From Cirrosporium novae-zelandiae (lineage: Eukaryota): a stretch of 32,208 nt of DNA. The stretch lies in the NCBI GenBank assembly GCA_026023565.1, contig JAPETS010000052.1, positions 124,001 to 156,208 of the forward strand. The letters are read 5' to 3'. The translations under genes and the position numbers were made by a program. Below are positions 1 through 13,140 of the stretch, one piece after another (position 1 is the first letter of the stretch; the number at the start of each line of letters is the position of its first letter). The notes under the pieces were generated by a model that was given only the letters and a program-made list of their open reading frames with translations, was not told where the DNA came from and ran no database searches.

Positions 1-535
1 TTTCATTCCAATTAAGCCACACATACATGCTATTGTCAAGAAATAGCCAGCTTAGATAGCCACAGATCGATCATCCGCCCCGACAAACAACCACGCTTCC
101 ATCCTCACATCCATCTCCACTTCTTTCTTCCTCTATTTACGTTCCTCTCCTCCACTCCGTCAGGCTCTCTATCTTTGTCTCCCAACTCGGTCGTAGAAGC
201 AAGTTTCTTGCATAAACAGATGACGCCATTCGTAAGGTAATAGAGTCGAGTCCATCGCAATGCAATCATGAATAGCGGGAATATCGTTAAACTTTTGATG
301 ATGGTTCGTGATACATGAGAATGTCGGCAGCAGGCAATGCGATAATGACAGCAGTTGGCGCTGGTCAGTGTTCGAAATAAGTCGTCCCATAAAGAAAATG
401 CCGATAGGAGAGAGCGAGTGTAGAAAACAAAAACACCGGAAATACTCCGATAAGAAATCCATAAGTAACTAACTACCGACTCAAGAGATCCACTAGTAAT
501 AAAGGATTCTATGAGTCTAATAGGTAGCCATAAGC

Positions 536-1513
536 TTATGCGACAGCGGTGGTTGGTGCGGCTTGCTGCACCGGAGCGACGGGCTCGGTAGGTTGTACCA
601 CACCAGCATCAGCAGTAGGCTGGCCATTAGTCTCAACAGCTGTGCAGTCACGCGAGATATGGCCAGCTTGACCACATTTGTAACAGACTTTTCCTGCAGA
701 ATTGAGAGGCCCACCATTTGGAGCTGTGCAGTCTCTCGAAATATGACCCTGACCTTGTAAGCATTGTTAAACGACCGAGATTGGAGGTGAACTTACGAGC
801 TTTCCACAAGCATAGCATTTCATTGCTTGGGCCTGGCAATCACGGGCGTAGTGGTTGGGTCCACCACACTTGTAGCAAGTAGCTGTACGAGTAGCAGCGA
901 AACCTGGGCGGAAGCCTCCAAAAGGACCACGAACGGCACCAGCGCCTCTGCCCATTCCTACGCCATTAGGACAGTTTCGCTGTATTTATATTAGTTTAAT
1001 TAAGTAAAATTTCTCTCAAAGAATGAATAGCCGGAACATACAGCAAGATGGCCTGGTTGGCCGCAGCTGTAGCAGCGCCCACTAGCGGCGCCACTGATTC
1101 GCAAGGTTGGACAGTCAGCCTGGACATGTCCTAAACCTTGGCAATGATAGCATTGCTTAGCTGTGAAAATATGAGCATTCAGTTAGTTAATCGCGGAGGA
1201 CTGTACTTACTTTCTGTAGTCCGGGGATGTGGACACTGGTTTGACTCGTGACCTAGGGAAATGTTGGTGGTTGTTTTAGAGAGTGCGCAAGTATCCTCAC
1301 CTGGTTGTTTGCCTAATAAATAGTTTAGTTATGTCCATCTGCGCAAATGATTTTTGGGTCTTACAATTGTAGCAAAGGCGCTCGGAAGAGGAGCAAACCT
1401 CTAGATAGTATTTAGCCAAGATTCATATATTCATTGATAACTTAGATCCACACACCAGCATAATGGCCAACATTGCCACATTTGTAACACGCTCGACGAG
1501 ATAGAGAAGACAT
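536..1513 (-). CDS. GIS2: CCHC zinc-knuckle RNA-binding protein (Gis2/Byr3/CNBP family), 7 exons
   Basis: Spliced exons 1513-1456, 1400-1365, 1312-1301, 1252-1211, 1160-1042, 979-797 and 748-536, all with GT-AG introns. They give MSSLSRRACYKCGNVGHYAEVC..CYNCKQPGHESNQC..CYHCQGLGHVQADC..CYSCGQPGHLARNC..(Gly/Arg-rich linker)..CYKCGGPNHYARDC..CYACGKLGHISRDC..CYKCGQAGHISRDC..TTAVA*, i.e. seven CX2CX4HX4C knuckles. Confidence 0.93.
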
Positions 1514-1538
1514 ATTTTCGACTTTGTATGGTAGAATC

Positions 1539-1707
1539 CTAGAAGGAGAGGGTATTAGATATGTGGGTGAAGTTTGAATTGGCGGCGTCGCCGGTTTCGC
1601 GAAAGGAAAGAGAAAAAGTGTATCCATTTATTAAAGAGACAAAGCGGATGGGATCTGATGATGAAGAGGATAGTTCACAGGTCAAGTGTATAAGAATGCG
1701 AATATAC
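1539..1707 (-). other. Probable 5'-UTR intron of the GIS2-like gene
   Basis: Minus-strand donor GAG|GTATAT at 1707, branch TCTAAT, and pyrimidine-rich acceptor CCCTCTCCTTCTAG ending at 1539, 25 nt upstream of the ATG. Confidence 0.5.
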
Positions 1708-2594
1708 CTCACACGTTGATAACAACTGCAAATATCCTTCGCGATCTCAAGCACTGTAGCGACTGTACAATCAGCTTTTAATCGTTCTATCCTGGATGCA
1801 AGTCTGGGAAAATAACAACAAGGGAAAGGCGAACCCACACAACAGTCCTCCCTTCCTCTGCAATTCCTTCCTTCCAAAACTTTCCTATAATCCCGCCGCA
1901 AACAGTTTGATGCTCTTCAGCTCATACAATTTTTGGGTGGTTGTCGCAGAGAAGAAGTCTTCAACCTGCAAGGCCGGCATTTTTAGTTTTCACGAGGGGA
2001 ATGGCAAAATCTATGCCGCCTTACCCTTTTCTTCTTAGCGAAATTTCCCTGGTCCCAGCACTTGACATTCTGGTTGGATTTGATGCTTTTTGACCCCCGA
2101 ACTTGGACACAATGGCGACCTTGGCATTTGTCAACCGATGTGTGGTCTTGGGAAGAGGGGCACCAAAGTCCCTTTTGGCCTATCGTCTTGTTTTTTCCGC
2201 CGGCATCTTCCACTGGCCCTGAGCACGTTTGGATCAAGGCACCAAGGGTACACTAGGATACAAGGGTTCTTCTAGAAACCGATGACCACCACGTGAATCC
2301 CCAAAACCCTTGAGATAGCAGATATGATAAGAAAACTATGGGGTGACTAGGATGGATTGTTGAAAGACTTGGAGGTCTCCCAGCCGTTTTAATACTTTCT
2401 CTATCAACTAAGGTTCAAAGCTAAAAGACAAGAGTGCTAGAACATTGTGGAATTTCCTTGCTATTTCAGAACCCATCTACGCTTTTTCATTGAGTACCTT
2501 GGTAGCCAGCCACAATTCATCCTACTTCGTCTTTTATCCCAGCAAGAGTAAGCCGGGAAGACTTTTAATGAAGATACTAATACGAAAGAACTTT

Positions 2595-4265
2595 CTATGC
2601 AGATGCTCCTTCTCCACCCTCCTTCTCGATAACTGCTGGAGCATTGATGGTCCGACCTTTCAAAAATGTCAAGCCCTCACCTCCCTATATAACCGTTAAT
2701 AACATTATCGTGATAACCCTAGGGAATGAGAGGTCACGACTTACATAGCTAATCCGCGGAGAAACTTCGACACCGGTTTGTCCCTCGTTGACGACGATTC
2801 CTCCAGCGGCCCTCACCCATCTAGCGCCTTGATCTAAGATATCTTTCTTGCTCGTATCTGCATCGTCCTCACCTGTGCCCCTGGCATTCTTGAGCGGCGA
2901 AAATTCGTCTTCGCGTTTCACTTCCAACGAAGCGAATTTGTCTAATGGAAGCATAGGGAAGCAATCAAAGACAAACTGCTCTAGCTTGATACCATTTGGC
3001 TTTTCTGGCTTCTTGTATTCTCCAGTCTCCGTATCAGTGAAAGGAATCTTCTTGCGAGCCACATGGTGAGGCAACTTGTGAGACCACTCTTCGATCGAGT
3101 CCAGGAATCTGAAAGAATAGTAATGATTGACGATGTTAGCCGCTCGGAATTTAAGGAGGTCTGCATGTTTCAAGTCCTTTGCTTCTGATGTCTCCTTGTC
3201 TATCTCCGAGTATTCTACTACATCAGGCTTTCCATTCTTGAGTAGGATCAAGCCCACAGACTCAGTTGCATTTCGCTTGCGTACAACCTTCGTAGCAATA
3301 TCCACATTCTTTGAAGCGGAAAACCCAGTAAAAACGGGGTCAGCTACTTTGACGAGACAGTTGTCAACGCAGTAGGAATGAACATGCTCAATCCCTCGTT
3401 TTCGCATATCTGTCCTAACATCGGAAGTAACCAAAGCTTGGTAAATTCCACCGTTACCATCTGGCGCAACTGCGACCTGAATAAATTTGTAAGCATCAAT
3501 GCTGATCCACTACTTGAGAGCATAAGAGACCTTTGATTTGCTTTCGAGCAGAATCTTGCCGTCATTTGAGATACAAGGAAGCACTCCTTGTTCAAATATA
3601 ACAACATCCTCCTTATTCAATCCAAAGTAGTTATGTTCCTCAAAAAACTTCTCCGTAGTGCCCCTTGTTGGTCCACTTGTCATCACATACCAAGGTACCA
3701 CCACTTTATCCTTCTTATAGTTTGTTTGAGCAAGCTGCTGGACTTTCCAAATTCGTTCAGCTTGAATCTGGAACAATGACTTATGGCTAGGTAGACCAAT
3801 ATCGTAGCAACCTTTGGGAGCAGAACTTCCGAGGCGTGTTCCCTGGCCTCCAGCCATCAAGACCACAGCAACTTTGTTTTCCGCAATGAGCTCCAATCCA
3901 TAAGTGTACCATTTCTCAATATCATTAGGGTTCGAGTCAAGAACAGAAGCGGTAGCGGATTCAGGGAGAGGCTCGACTGTAGCCTGTTCCTTCGCAGCTG
4001 GCGGTGGGTTTAAAGCCTTATGAGATATTTCATTGATATGATTCGGATCAATAGTGCTGAGCTGGGCAAAGAGCTGTGCTTTGTCGGTGGTATTTAGTTC
4101 ATCATAGAAAGTGAAGACCTGTTCTTGCTTAGCCTCTACATATTTCTTGCGAAGTTCTTCTAATTCCTCTTCTGTGGGCTCCTTGAGTGACACTGGGGCG
4201 TCTTTCGAAGAGAGGTGGAGTTTATCGAGTAAGGTGTTTACGGTATCCTTCACAACAGCGGCCAT
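2595..4265 (-). CDS. UAP1: UDP-N-acetylglucosamine pyrophosphorylase, 3 exons
   Basis: Motifs [42 protein letters not shown] and [19 protein letters not shown]. Introns at 3477-3530 and 2685-2744; the last exon reads [29 protein letters not shown]. Confidence 0.95.
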
Positions 4266-4939
4266 GGTTACTGAAAGGGTTAATAATTGCAGTACGTGTT
4301 CGTCGTGCAATGTATAGACCTGAAAGTCCCCTTATCAATAACAAGTGACTGGTGGTGAATTAACGACAAAGAAATTGAAGAGTTGGATGGGTTTTGAATA
4401 GAAGGTGTTTCAGCACTGCCCACCCATATGAATTGAAAGTTCACCGTGCTTGGCCCGCAGACTGTCACCAATCCAATTACTGCCTCTCATCCAACCACAT
4501 GGAAATTCTATTTTTAAGGCACAAAATCCCAGTGTGTAATCGTATTTCATTGCTGCCCTGATACAGACCATGAACTAAAGACGGATGCCGACTTTCTACA
4601 AGCTTCAAGTTAGTATATCTACGCAATAGATAGCCGAAGCCACTTGCCAATCAGTCGCAAGTTATTACAGCGCGTCATGGTCAAACACGCAATAGTCCTT
4701 TGGCGTTCAATTGATAAATACGGTATAATACAAATATTTGGGAAGAAAAACACCCAATCACTATCCTTGCAACGCCCTCGTCATAATGCCTTTAGATGCC
4801 TGACCAAAAAAAGCAAGCTCTGTGGATCATAATGAATCGACGGCCTTTAAGACATTTGAGCCACAAACCCCAACCAATACCCAAGCCACAAATATCGTCA
4901 AAAATACCCAATTTCTGTACAGGGATCATAGATTCCTTG

Positions 4940-6364
4940 TCATCTCCTTCCACGATAATGTTCACGGTCGTTACGATCGTCTGGAGATCTTCTGCGGCGG
5001 CCGTATCGATTAGGGGAACGACTTTCAAAGCGGTCTCCTCCTCGCTGGTGTGGACTTCGACTTCTGGGAGAGATACGGCGAGGGGCGTAATGGTCATCTT
5101 TTTCCTGCCTCCCCTTGATGTCGTTCCTGTCAAAAACCATCCTATAACCTTTAGACCTTCCTTCTGTATCTGCAGCACGGTATTGTCTCTTCTTCTCTAA
5201 GCCAGATATGCCTCCAAAGCCACCACCTTGTCTTGAGCGCTTAGCATTTGTAGCCGTCCGCCAACTATCTGAGAGCTTTGAAACACTTTGTGAGAAGTCG
5301 ACATGAATCCGGTGGTCGTCAATGCTGACACCTTGCATCTTGAAATATGCCTGTTCGCAGGCTTCCTTCTCTTCGTACTCTATAAACGCATACTGAAGAC
5401 TGTCACCGGTCCGTTTATCGCGAATGACTTCACAGGAAAGGATTTTTCCAAATCGTCCAAATATAAGTTCGAGATCTTCATCTGCAGTAACCGGATTCAA
5501 TTTGCAGACAAAGAGAACATTTTCTGGAGGTTTGACTTCTGCAAAAGGTAGGTCTCCAACCATTTCCAAAGTCAAGGCCTGAGCTCTTGCTTCCCGCTCC
5601 CGTCGAAGCTTTTCCAACGCTTCCTCATCCATGTTATCGGCCAGGTCCTCGTCATCAGCGATACGCACTGTAGCGAGTTGTGCTTTGCTTGGGATAGGGC
5701 TTTCATCGGGGACGACCAAGCCAGGGGGATCATCGTATGGATCATCGAGGATAACCGTATGTCGGATGCGAATATCTTTCAAGGGTCTCCCTTTATCATC
5801 GCAGAAGGCAGAATTAACTTTTTCTAGGATGTCGAAGCCTTCAACAACCTTACCAAAAATGGCAGCTTTGCCATCCAGATAATCAAGATTGTCCCCAAGA
5901 GTGATGATAAACTGGCTGCCTGCAAGTCGCTTGTCCTGGTCCTTGGAGTCAGGAACGGTGGCTAGACTGACGGTGCCTCTCTCTGCATGTTTAAGTCGGG
6001 GATTGATTTCCGGCACGAACGTTTTCTGCGAACCGCCCTGTAGTATTCCCCAGATAGATGAACCTCCATCGCTTTCTGGGGCATCAGGACCAATCGGATC
6101 GCCTGTTTGAAAGGAGAAGTTCTTCTGCACCTCATAAATGGGCGCAAAATTGTAGTACTTTATTTTGCATAGCTTTAAGAAGCTGTATGGCGCGTATGAA
6201 ATCTTAGTGCTTGTCTTCAGCATCTTAACTGGTAGTACAGGGTGGGAGCAAGTGGAATAAAGGAGGGGGGGAAGGGGAGCTCACTTTTGACAGGCTTTTG
6301 GTGCATCGTCAGCCAGCAGGTCAATAACAATATCTCCTAGGGAGGTCTCGAGTAAGACGCTCAT
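4940..6364 (-). CDS. PPIL4: Cyclophilin-RRM peptidyl-prolyl isomerase (PPIL4/Rct1/Cyp6 type), 2 exons
   Basis: Exon 1 [27 protein letters not shown], intron 6183-6284, then [24 protein letters not shown] (cyclophilin domain), [33 protein letters not shown] (RRM) and an RS-rich tail. Confidence 0.93.
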
Positions 6365-9300
6365 GGTTACGACAATTGTGCAGAAAATGGAAGGGAGGTG
6401 GGTTTAGAACTTGCGCATGAGGAAATGTGGGCGAGGTTCATACGTCTTGGAAATGATGGGATGGAATTAAAGATGGAGCAGATGATAGAAAGCTCAGAGC
6501 TGGATCGCTGAATGGTAAGATCAAGATCGGCATAACGGAGAAAATGGTGGGGGGTGGTATTGAATGAAAACAATCTAGATGGCACAGAATAATCTTCCAA
6601 GAAACGAAAGATTCACGTAGCAAATAGATAATTAACGACCTTGGCTCTGATATTTTAGTAAAAAAATTTAATAATATTTTTCTGTCAAAGTATTTCAAGT
6701 TAGATATCAGTGAGTAGAAGAACTAACCTCGTAATTAATGTAAATTGCAGCATGGTTGTTATACTTTTTATAGTCTATTAAGGTAACCTACTGCCACATA
6801 TTTGTCGGTCGATCCACAACTTAATACCTCAGGCCGAGACGTTCAAATCCTTCAACCCTTCAACTCTGAATCAAATATTCAATCCTTGCTGTCTTAACTG
6901 TTCTTTCCCGTCATTTCCTCTTCCTCCCCCAACTTTTGCACAACCTCCAGACTTGCATCGGTTCCTCTTTACATCCCCCCTATCATTCGTCACTAATTAA
7001 TTCATTCCAACCAGAATGAAGTCCTCTACGATAATAACAATCTCTACAAATCTATATCGTTGAGTGAAAATTCTGATCCTAATCATTTCAACTATTCTGT
7101 TTCTCTTTCTAGATTCTGCATCCTTCATCACGCTATTAACTTCCTGCATTTCTGGCTGCAGGAGGCTTGGGCTTTGTCACTGATTTAATTTATTTACTAC
7201 TAATTTCTTCTACTTCCAATTGTTCATCAACGACATCTCACACTCGTTACATATCGTTGCCTCTTGTTTCTTCTCGCATGGGACACCTTACCCTGGTTAA
7301 AACACACCGCGGGTATGTATCGACTCGCTCACGGTCCGGTGCAAGTCTGGGGTGGGGATCTCATAACAGTTTGAGCGCCTCTTCGGTAACACACACCTCT
7401 GCCCGAGCCGGGGGCTCGAAGCCTTCACTGTAAGGGTGCTGGAAAATTATACGCTCGCCAAGTTGAAGCTCCGATGGAGACACGGCTTATTGCATGATCT
7501 GCAAAAACGGCCTCTTTTTAATCGCACGTGTGTTGTTGGAACAGAGCTGGTGCAACTGTGACCAAGTATGCTCTAGGTAGTGACAGGATACTAAGGTGGG
7601 AAATCATTCGATCGGCACTATAGCAATTTCCTCTCGACTATCTGACCTTCCCACCTCTACGTTTTCAACACCCTTCACCTAATCATCAAGATACATGATA
7701 TTTCAATCGATGCAGAGCTATAGAACTATCTTCTCTTGAAAGGTGGAATGGATTTGGAGTCGGTTTCCCGGGTTCGGCCAGTAAAAGATCTAGGTCATGC
7801 CATGTCAAGTTAGGGTACCTGCCGAGAGGGGGAATAGTGTAGCCCGAGCATTATGCTTCTGTTTTAATGCAGAGGAGATTTGATATAGGGACACAGACGA
7901 TAAAATCCTAGCGCGGAAAAAAAATCCGGATGTATCATTGGTTTCCCCTCCCCACCCCGCCAACCTGGATATACGCTAGAACATTAATCGGCCCTAACCA
8001 AGATCCATGATCGTACACGATTTTGAACGTCCCTTAGTTTAACCCTAGGTTTTGACTTAATCAACAGTTGCAAAATGTAGGGTTCTTGCTTCGCACGATT
8101 CTTTCCGGGGGTGGTTCATGCACCCTATAGCAGTACTATGGATGAAAGCGGCGCCACTTATTGGCGTATGTCCTACTATAGATGCATGCACTTATTTTAT
8201 TGTGAGCTGAGGCGCCGACCCTTTTGCTCTGTGTTGGTTGCAGCGATGCACCAGGGTTATCTGTGCTGCAATCATGAAATTTTTGAAATGCTTGGATGAT
8301 TTGCAGTCCGACCGATGAGAACGTTGTCAGCGCGGACCTTTTATGGAAATGTTCCAGTAGGGATCCAGGGTTGATCAGTTAAATAATAGCTAAACAGGCT
8401 CGTTGATTGCTGGTCGTCTCACTACCCTTGTACCTCTGTGTTGCCAGACACTAGGGTCAGATATGACCAGATATCTTACTGATCTGGGCGATCACACAGA
8501 GATTACCTTAGATTGGATTACGGGTAATACCGCACCGATCTAATGATCCCTTGCAACATTTCCGCGTGTATTGAAATACCGTTGATTGTGACATGGCTCA
8601 CAGGGAATCTATGATCCTTACGCAGGCATAGGGTGCGATGATGATTCTCATAGTTTTAACTTGGTTTTAGATTTAACCTGCCCTGCGGCCCCAGCTACGG
8701 TGGCAATGTCAACGATGTCTCAGCCTGGCCACCGAATTTTTCTATTTCTATAGGAAGCATTTGGATTGAAAATTCAGGTTTGCTACTAGATGTTTGATAG
8801 AAGGTTGCGGAGAATTTTGGACGAATGAGGAAGAGGCATGGTCAGTGAGCTGCGAGTAGCAAACACGCGGCGATTAAGTCTTGTAAAGACTAGTGAAGTC
8901 TGCTTATCTGACAAACTAAGAAAAATGATGTACCAATGATCCAGCTACCTTGGTATAGTTTTTTTTCTTCTTTCGAAACCCCTACTTCTCTGTTTGCAAC
9001 ATCAAAACGTCTCAAGTTCGACCGTTTGTTGCATGAGTATATTCCAGCCCAAAGCCAAAACATGGAATTTTAAACAAGTCATGGTATCTCGAGTTCAGCC
9101 GGACATCCTCGACGATGACTGAATTGACAGGTCCCCTAAAATCAATGGCTCTAGAGCCCTCCGTTGATGCCATTGTACCGGTCACACAGACATTCAACTT
9201 GACCGAACGGCCTCCACCCAGCTCTCACCAGTCGCCACGGGATCCAATGTAGCCCTGCCACTTCCATCTATCTCAATCCTTGCTTGGCGACACATGAATG

Positions 9301-9724
9301 ATCCGGGAAGCGACATATCCCCCCCAAAATTGGCATAGGTCCTTGATAGCCTTTCTTTCGTCCTTGTTGCACCAAAATGACTGGCTCCCTAGGTTATTCA
9401 CTACCTGAATAAAGAAATGCGGAGCATAGTATTGGTGTATTGTGAGGCATTAGTATTGCCTATCTGGCAAACAGAGCAGCAAGCAAGACCAAGCAAAGAC
9501 TGATGGCCTGTTTCTAGCTCCATAATCCTTATAGCTCTTACACTCCTGGGTCCCCTGCCCTCTTCTATCTATTACTCGTGAATTTCCTTTGCGACTTCCT
9601 GATATCATTTAAGTTTGATCCTACCTGCCAAAGTTCATCATTGTAATCTTATTGGCTTGAGGAGCATTACATCGCTTTCCCAATATCAACATCACCATCT
9701 TTACTAACTTCTTTATTTATCTTA

Positions 9725-11410
9725 ATGGCCATGGTGAGGGCGCCCTTGGTATTTACGGGTCCCTATTTCTCTAATTGTTTGTAAAAATCTGACTGCTACT
9801 AGGTCGCGACTCCTTATCCCCGGGCTGTTGAAACTCGGCCTTACAGTCACCATATTCACCAGACTTCTGGCAGGTTAACTCCCCAACCTGATTCAGATGA
9901 TGCAGAGGGAAAACGAAAGAGAGTATCTGTTGCGGTACGCTACGAGTTCCATAAAACCCAAGTGGAGATATTTATGATATACATGCTGACCCTAAGAATC
10001 AAGTGTGCTCGATGTCGCAAACGAAAAATCAAGTGCAGTGGAGATACTGGAAAAGGTGGTTGCACGAATTGTGCACACTCTGGACTTGCAGATCAATGCA
10101 CTTTCCTTCGTGTATGCTATTTCTAGCCGTTTAAAATAAAAAATAATTCTGCTAACTAGCTGTGCAGGTAAATTCACAACCAGCCACCGAAGTCTGGAAA
10201 TGGAGTTATGGGTTATGTCCCATTGCAAACATCGCGAGTCACTCTAGCAACGGCACTCCATCACACTCTATGAATCAGGCCCTGTTCCATCAAAATCAGT
10301 ATCAGTATGCTCGATGTCCAAACATGTATGGATACTCTGGAAGATTATCGACCTTAGGTCAACAAAATTACAATGGTATTCCCAGCTACAGTGATGAACT
10401 TTCCGAAGGCTATAATGTGCAGTCTCCTCCGTATATGCTACCAAGTCAGGATGGTCCAAATTCCTATGGATCGCACGAGCCAGCACGTTGGCCGCCTCTA
10501 AATCAAAACTCCAGGCCTTCGACAACAGGCATCTACTTAGACCAAGAAACTCCCAATTCCTACACAGGATCATCTTATCCGATTGTGAATACACCTGCAA
10601 TTGCCAATACACCTATTTCCATCAATACACCCACCTCACGATTGACCTCGAATTCTAGCGATTCCATCTCCAATTTTCCAACAATGTCTCCGCTTGCATC
10701 ATGCCTTCCGAGCTCAACTGACAGGCTTCTTCCCATCCCATCCACTAATAGGGCTACAACTTCTACCCAAAACAGTACCCAATCAAGTACGGGTGATGTT
10801 CTACCGGCAAGCCCGTATGCCTCAACGCAAGGACAGGATTTCAGAACCGATCCAACGTGGGCTTCCGAAAGCATATCGCCATCAACGGGACAGAGCAGGG
10901 TGACAAGCTATCCTAATGGAAGCCAGAGTAGCACCCTAGCTGTTCGTCCGAGAAATCCATCGGCTACGTGTTCCGAAGCAACAGTTTTCGGCTACCCCAT
11001 GGCTATCCCGCGCAGTCCTCCAAGTACGGGTGCAAGTGCAAGTTCTTCCTTCAACTCAACTTATAATGCGTCTACTACCCAACCACAGTCCGTCGATTTC
11101 GCGACAGTGGCGTAAGATAATCTATCTAAACTCAGCCAGATTTTAGAAAACTGACCACAAATCTGATAGTGATAGTACCACGCTCCAGGATGATGACTTT
11201 GGTGAGAATTACACTTGGGAGAAGCGACCAAAACGTGGCTCTCTAGAAGCTTCAAATAAGGACAACCAATCATACTCGAGCTATACTCCAGCTAGGGCAG
11301 CAGTGCATACATCTTCTCCTGGACTTGGGCGTCGTGGTTCTTACCCCAATCGCCCCCACTCTGCACAGAGAACCTCAATCCCAGAAGTATCTGCTAGAAG
11401 AGCATACTGA
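9725..11410 (+). CDS. Zn(II)2Cys6 binuclear-cluster transcription factor with S/T/P-rich tail, 5 exons
   Basis: Exons 9725-9733 (MAM), 9803-9934, 10004-10111, 10168-11111 and 11170-11410. Splicing gives KRKRVSVA-CARCRKRKIKCSGDTGKGGCTNCAHSGLADQCTFLR, a canonical six-Cys cluster. The start exon is less certain. Confidence 0.85.
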
Positions 11411-12319
11411 GGTCTAGCTGGATAGGATTAACATGTGCATCTTGGGTAGACTTATCCTTCAAACTTGAGTTAATAAGGAAGTGGGATTAGGTTCGCATTT
11501 TATTACTGTCTAACCTCTGACGGCTCAGGTTGTGTGCCAACCCAACTCGGACCTACTAAAACTATAACTCGAATTTCATTTAAAGAAAAAACAAAACTAT
11601 TAATGGTATTGGGAATGTGGATGGAGTCAACAGGAGTGAGATTTTAATCAGCGATCTATTTGTAGACGCACAAAAGTCTTTCATAAGGAATGTTTTTCAA
11701 TTAGCAATGTCTAGCTATGTACGTCCCCTATGTACTCCTACACACAAAGTTGGTGCAAAATGAGATAATACCAAAAGCGCAGCATCTGTGGTAACTGGAT
11801 ATCCTTGGGCTGGATCTCATGAATTATTCGGGCGATAGATTGATTTCTCTTTGGTACCACGTGAATGTTCTATTTCCAAGGGGTTTGACATCCTTGTGTT
11901 ATTTCTTACATTTCGGGTCTCTCACTCTAGGGATACAATGTTTCTGATGTAGATAGACAAATCGGATGGTGCGATTTCAAAATGCCCATTCTAAACTAGA
12001 GAGGGACCTTGGTTAGCATAGCGCCTGGTGGGCAAACAAAAGTTCTGACATCAACATTAATGAGATAGAAGAATGATTGATGATAATGAACGAGACAATG
12101 AAAAACGCGAGCGCGAAAATCCTTTTTTTTGTAATTGTCTTAAGAAAACGCCGAGTCTCTCGTAATCTCTGACCTGATCTCTGAGGATTCGATTGGAAAG
12201 CTATTTCACATGGGAGCATCACAGACATGGCCCCATTATCTGTCGTAAAGCTTTTCCCATAAACATTCCCATCGTTGTTCGAAGCCAGTGAAAAACAACA
12301 CCATCCACTTGCCAACAGC

Positions 12320-12877
12320 CTATTTCTTCTCCTTCTTGGCACCCTTGGTCTTCGCAGTACCCCGGAACTCCTTGGACCTGTTCTTGCGTTGTTTGCCTGA
12401 GGAGAAAACATCAGTAAACCGCTAGATATCTCAACCCATGGTGATAACGTACGTTGTTGTCTGCTGGCTCGCTCTGTTTTCTTTGTAACACCAATTCTCA
12501 CCAATCTGTGCAGAGGTTCGAACTTTTTAAGGGCTTCGCTTGAATCGTAGATGAGGGCAAAACCGGTGCTCTTTCCACCACCGTACTGGGTTCGGAATCC
12601 AAAGCATTGCACTTGGTCTTTGTTGCATTTATAAAGCTCAGAGAGCTTTCCTCGGAGTTCGTCTTTGGAGACGTTTGCTCGGTTTGGATGGAGAACATCG
12701 CTATTAGGAAATAAAGAATCAGCATCCAGGCAGTAGAAATCTTCATATCCACACTCATCGCGGTGACCGTGGCTATCAGTCACAAAATTCGAACACATAC
12801 ACCACCATTTGTTTGCGGCCTAGGAGGGCATTGCGCAGGAACTTGCGAGTGCGCAGGGTAACGGGTTGATCAGCCAT
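12320..12877 (-). CDS. RPS24: 40S ribosomal protein S24 (eS24), 3 exons
   Basis: [90 protein letters not shown]. Introns at 12701-12800 and 12397-12452. Confidence 0.97.
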
Positions 12878-13140
12878 ATTGAATATTTGTAGGGCCTACA
12901 GTTGTCGAGCAGGTAAAGATCCGGTGGTGATGGCTCGAAATGTTGTCCAGTCGTTGAATTGTAGCGTCGGCGATAAATGAAATTGATATTTCTCAAGAAT
13001 TTTGGTGTGTCGGAGAAGCGATTTGTGTGCCGCACTAACCGTATTGGGATGTGGCTAAATCCAGGTGGCAGTTAGAGGGGGGTTTTATAGACCACCTTAA
13101 TTTCTAGGTTTAATTCCCTTCTAATAACACAACATCAACC
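12878..13140. promoter_or_regulatory. Short bidirectional promoter shared by RPS24 and EFM3
   Basis: 263 bp lie between the divergent ATGs. The spacer contains GCACTAACC (~13032) and TGTGGCTA (~13050), resembling fungal ribosomal-protein promoter motifs (Homol-D-like). Confidence 0.55.

Noticed and set aside
169..462. 97-aa ORF downstream of GIS2
   Set aside because: It lies in the expected 3'UTR and has no recognisable protein features.
12013..12798. 261-aa ORF
   Set aside because: Artefact of reading through the RPS24 introns and 3'UTR; the true spliced CDS is 12320-12877.
12701..12800. Intronic C/D snoRNA in RPS24 (GCGATGA..CTGA)
   Set aside because: Box C is imperfect, the CTGA coincides with the likely branch site, and the interval is too short.
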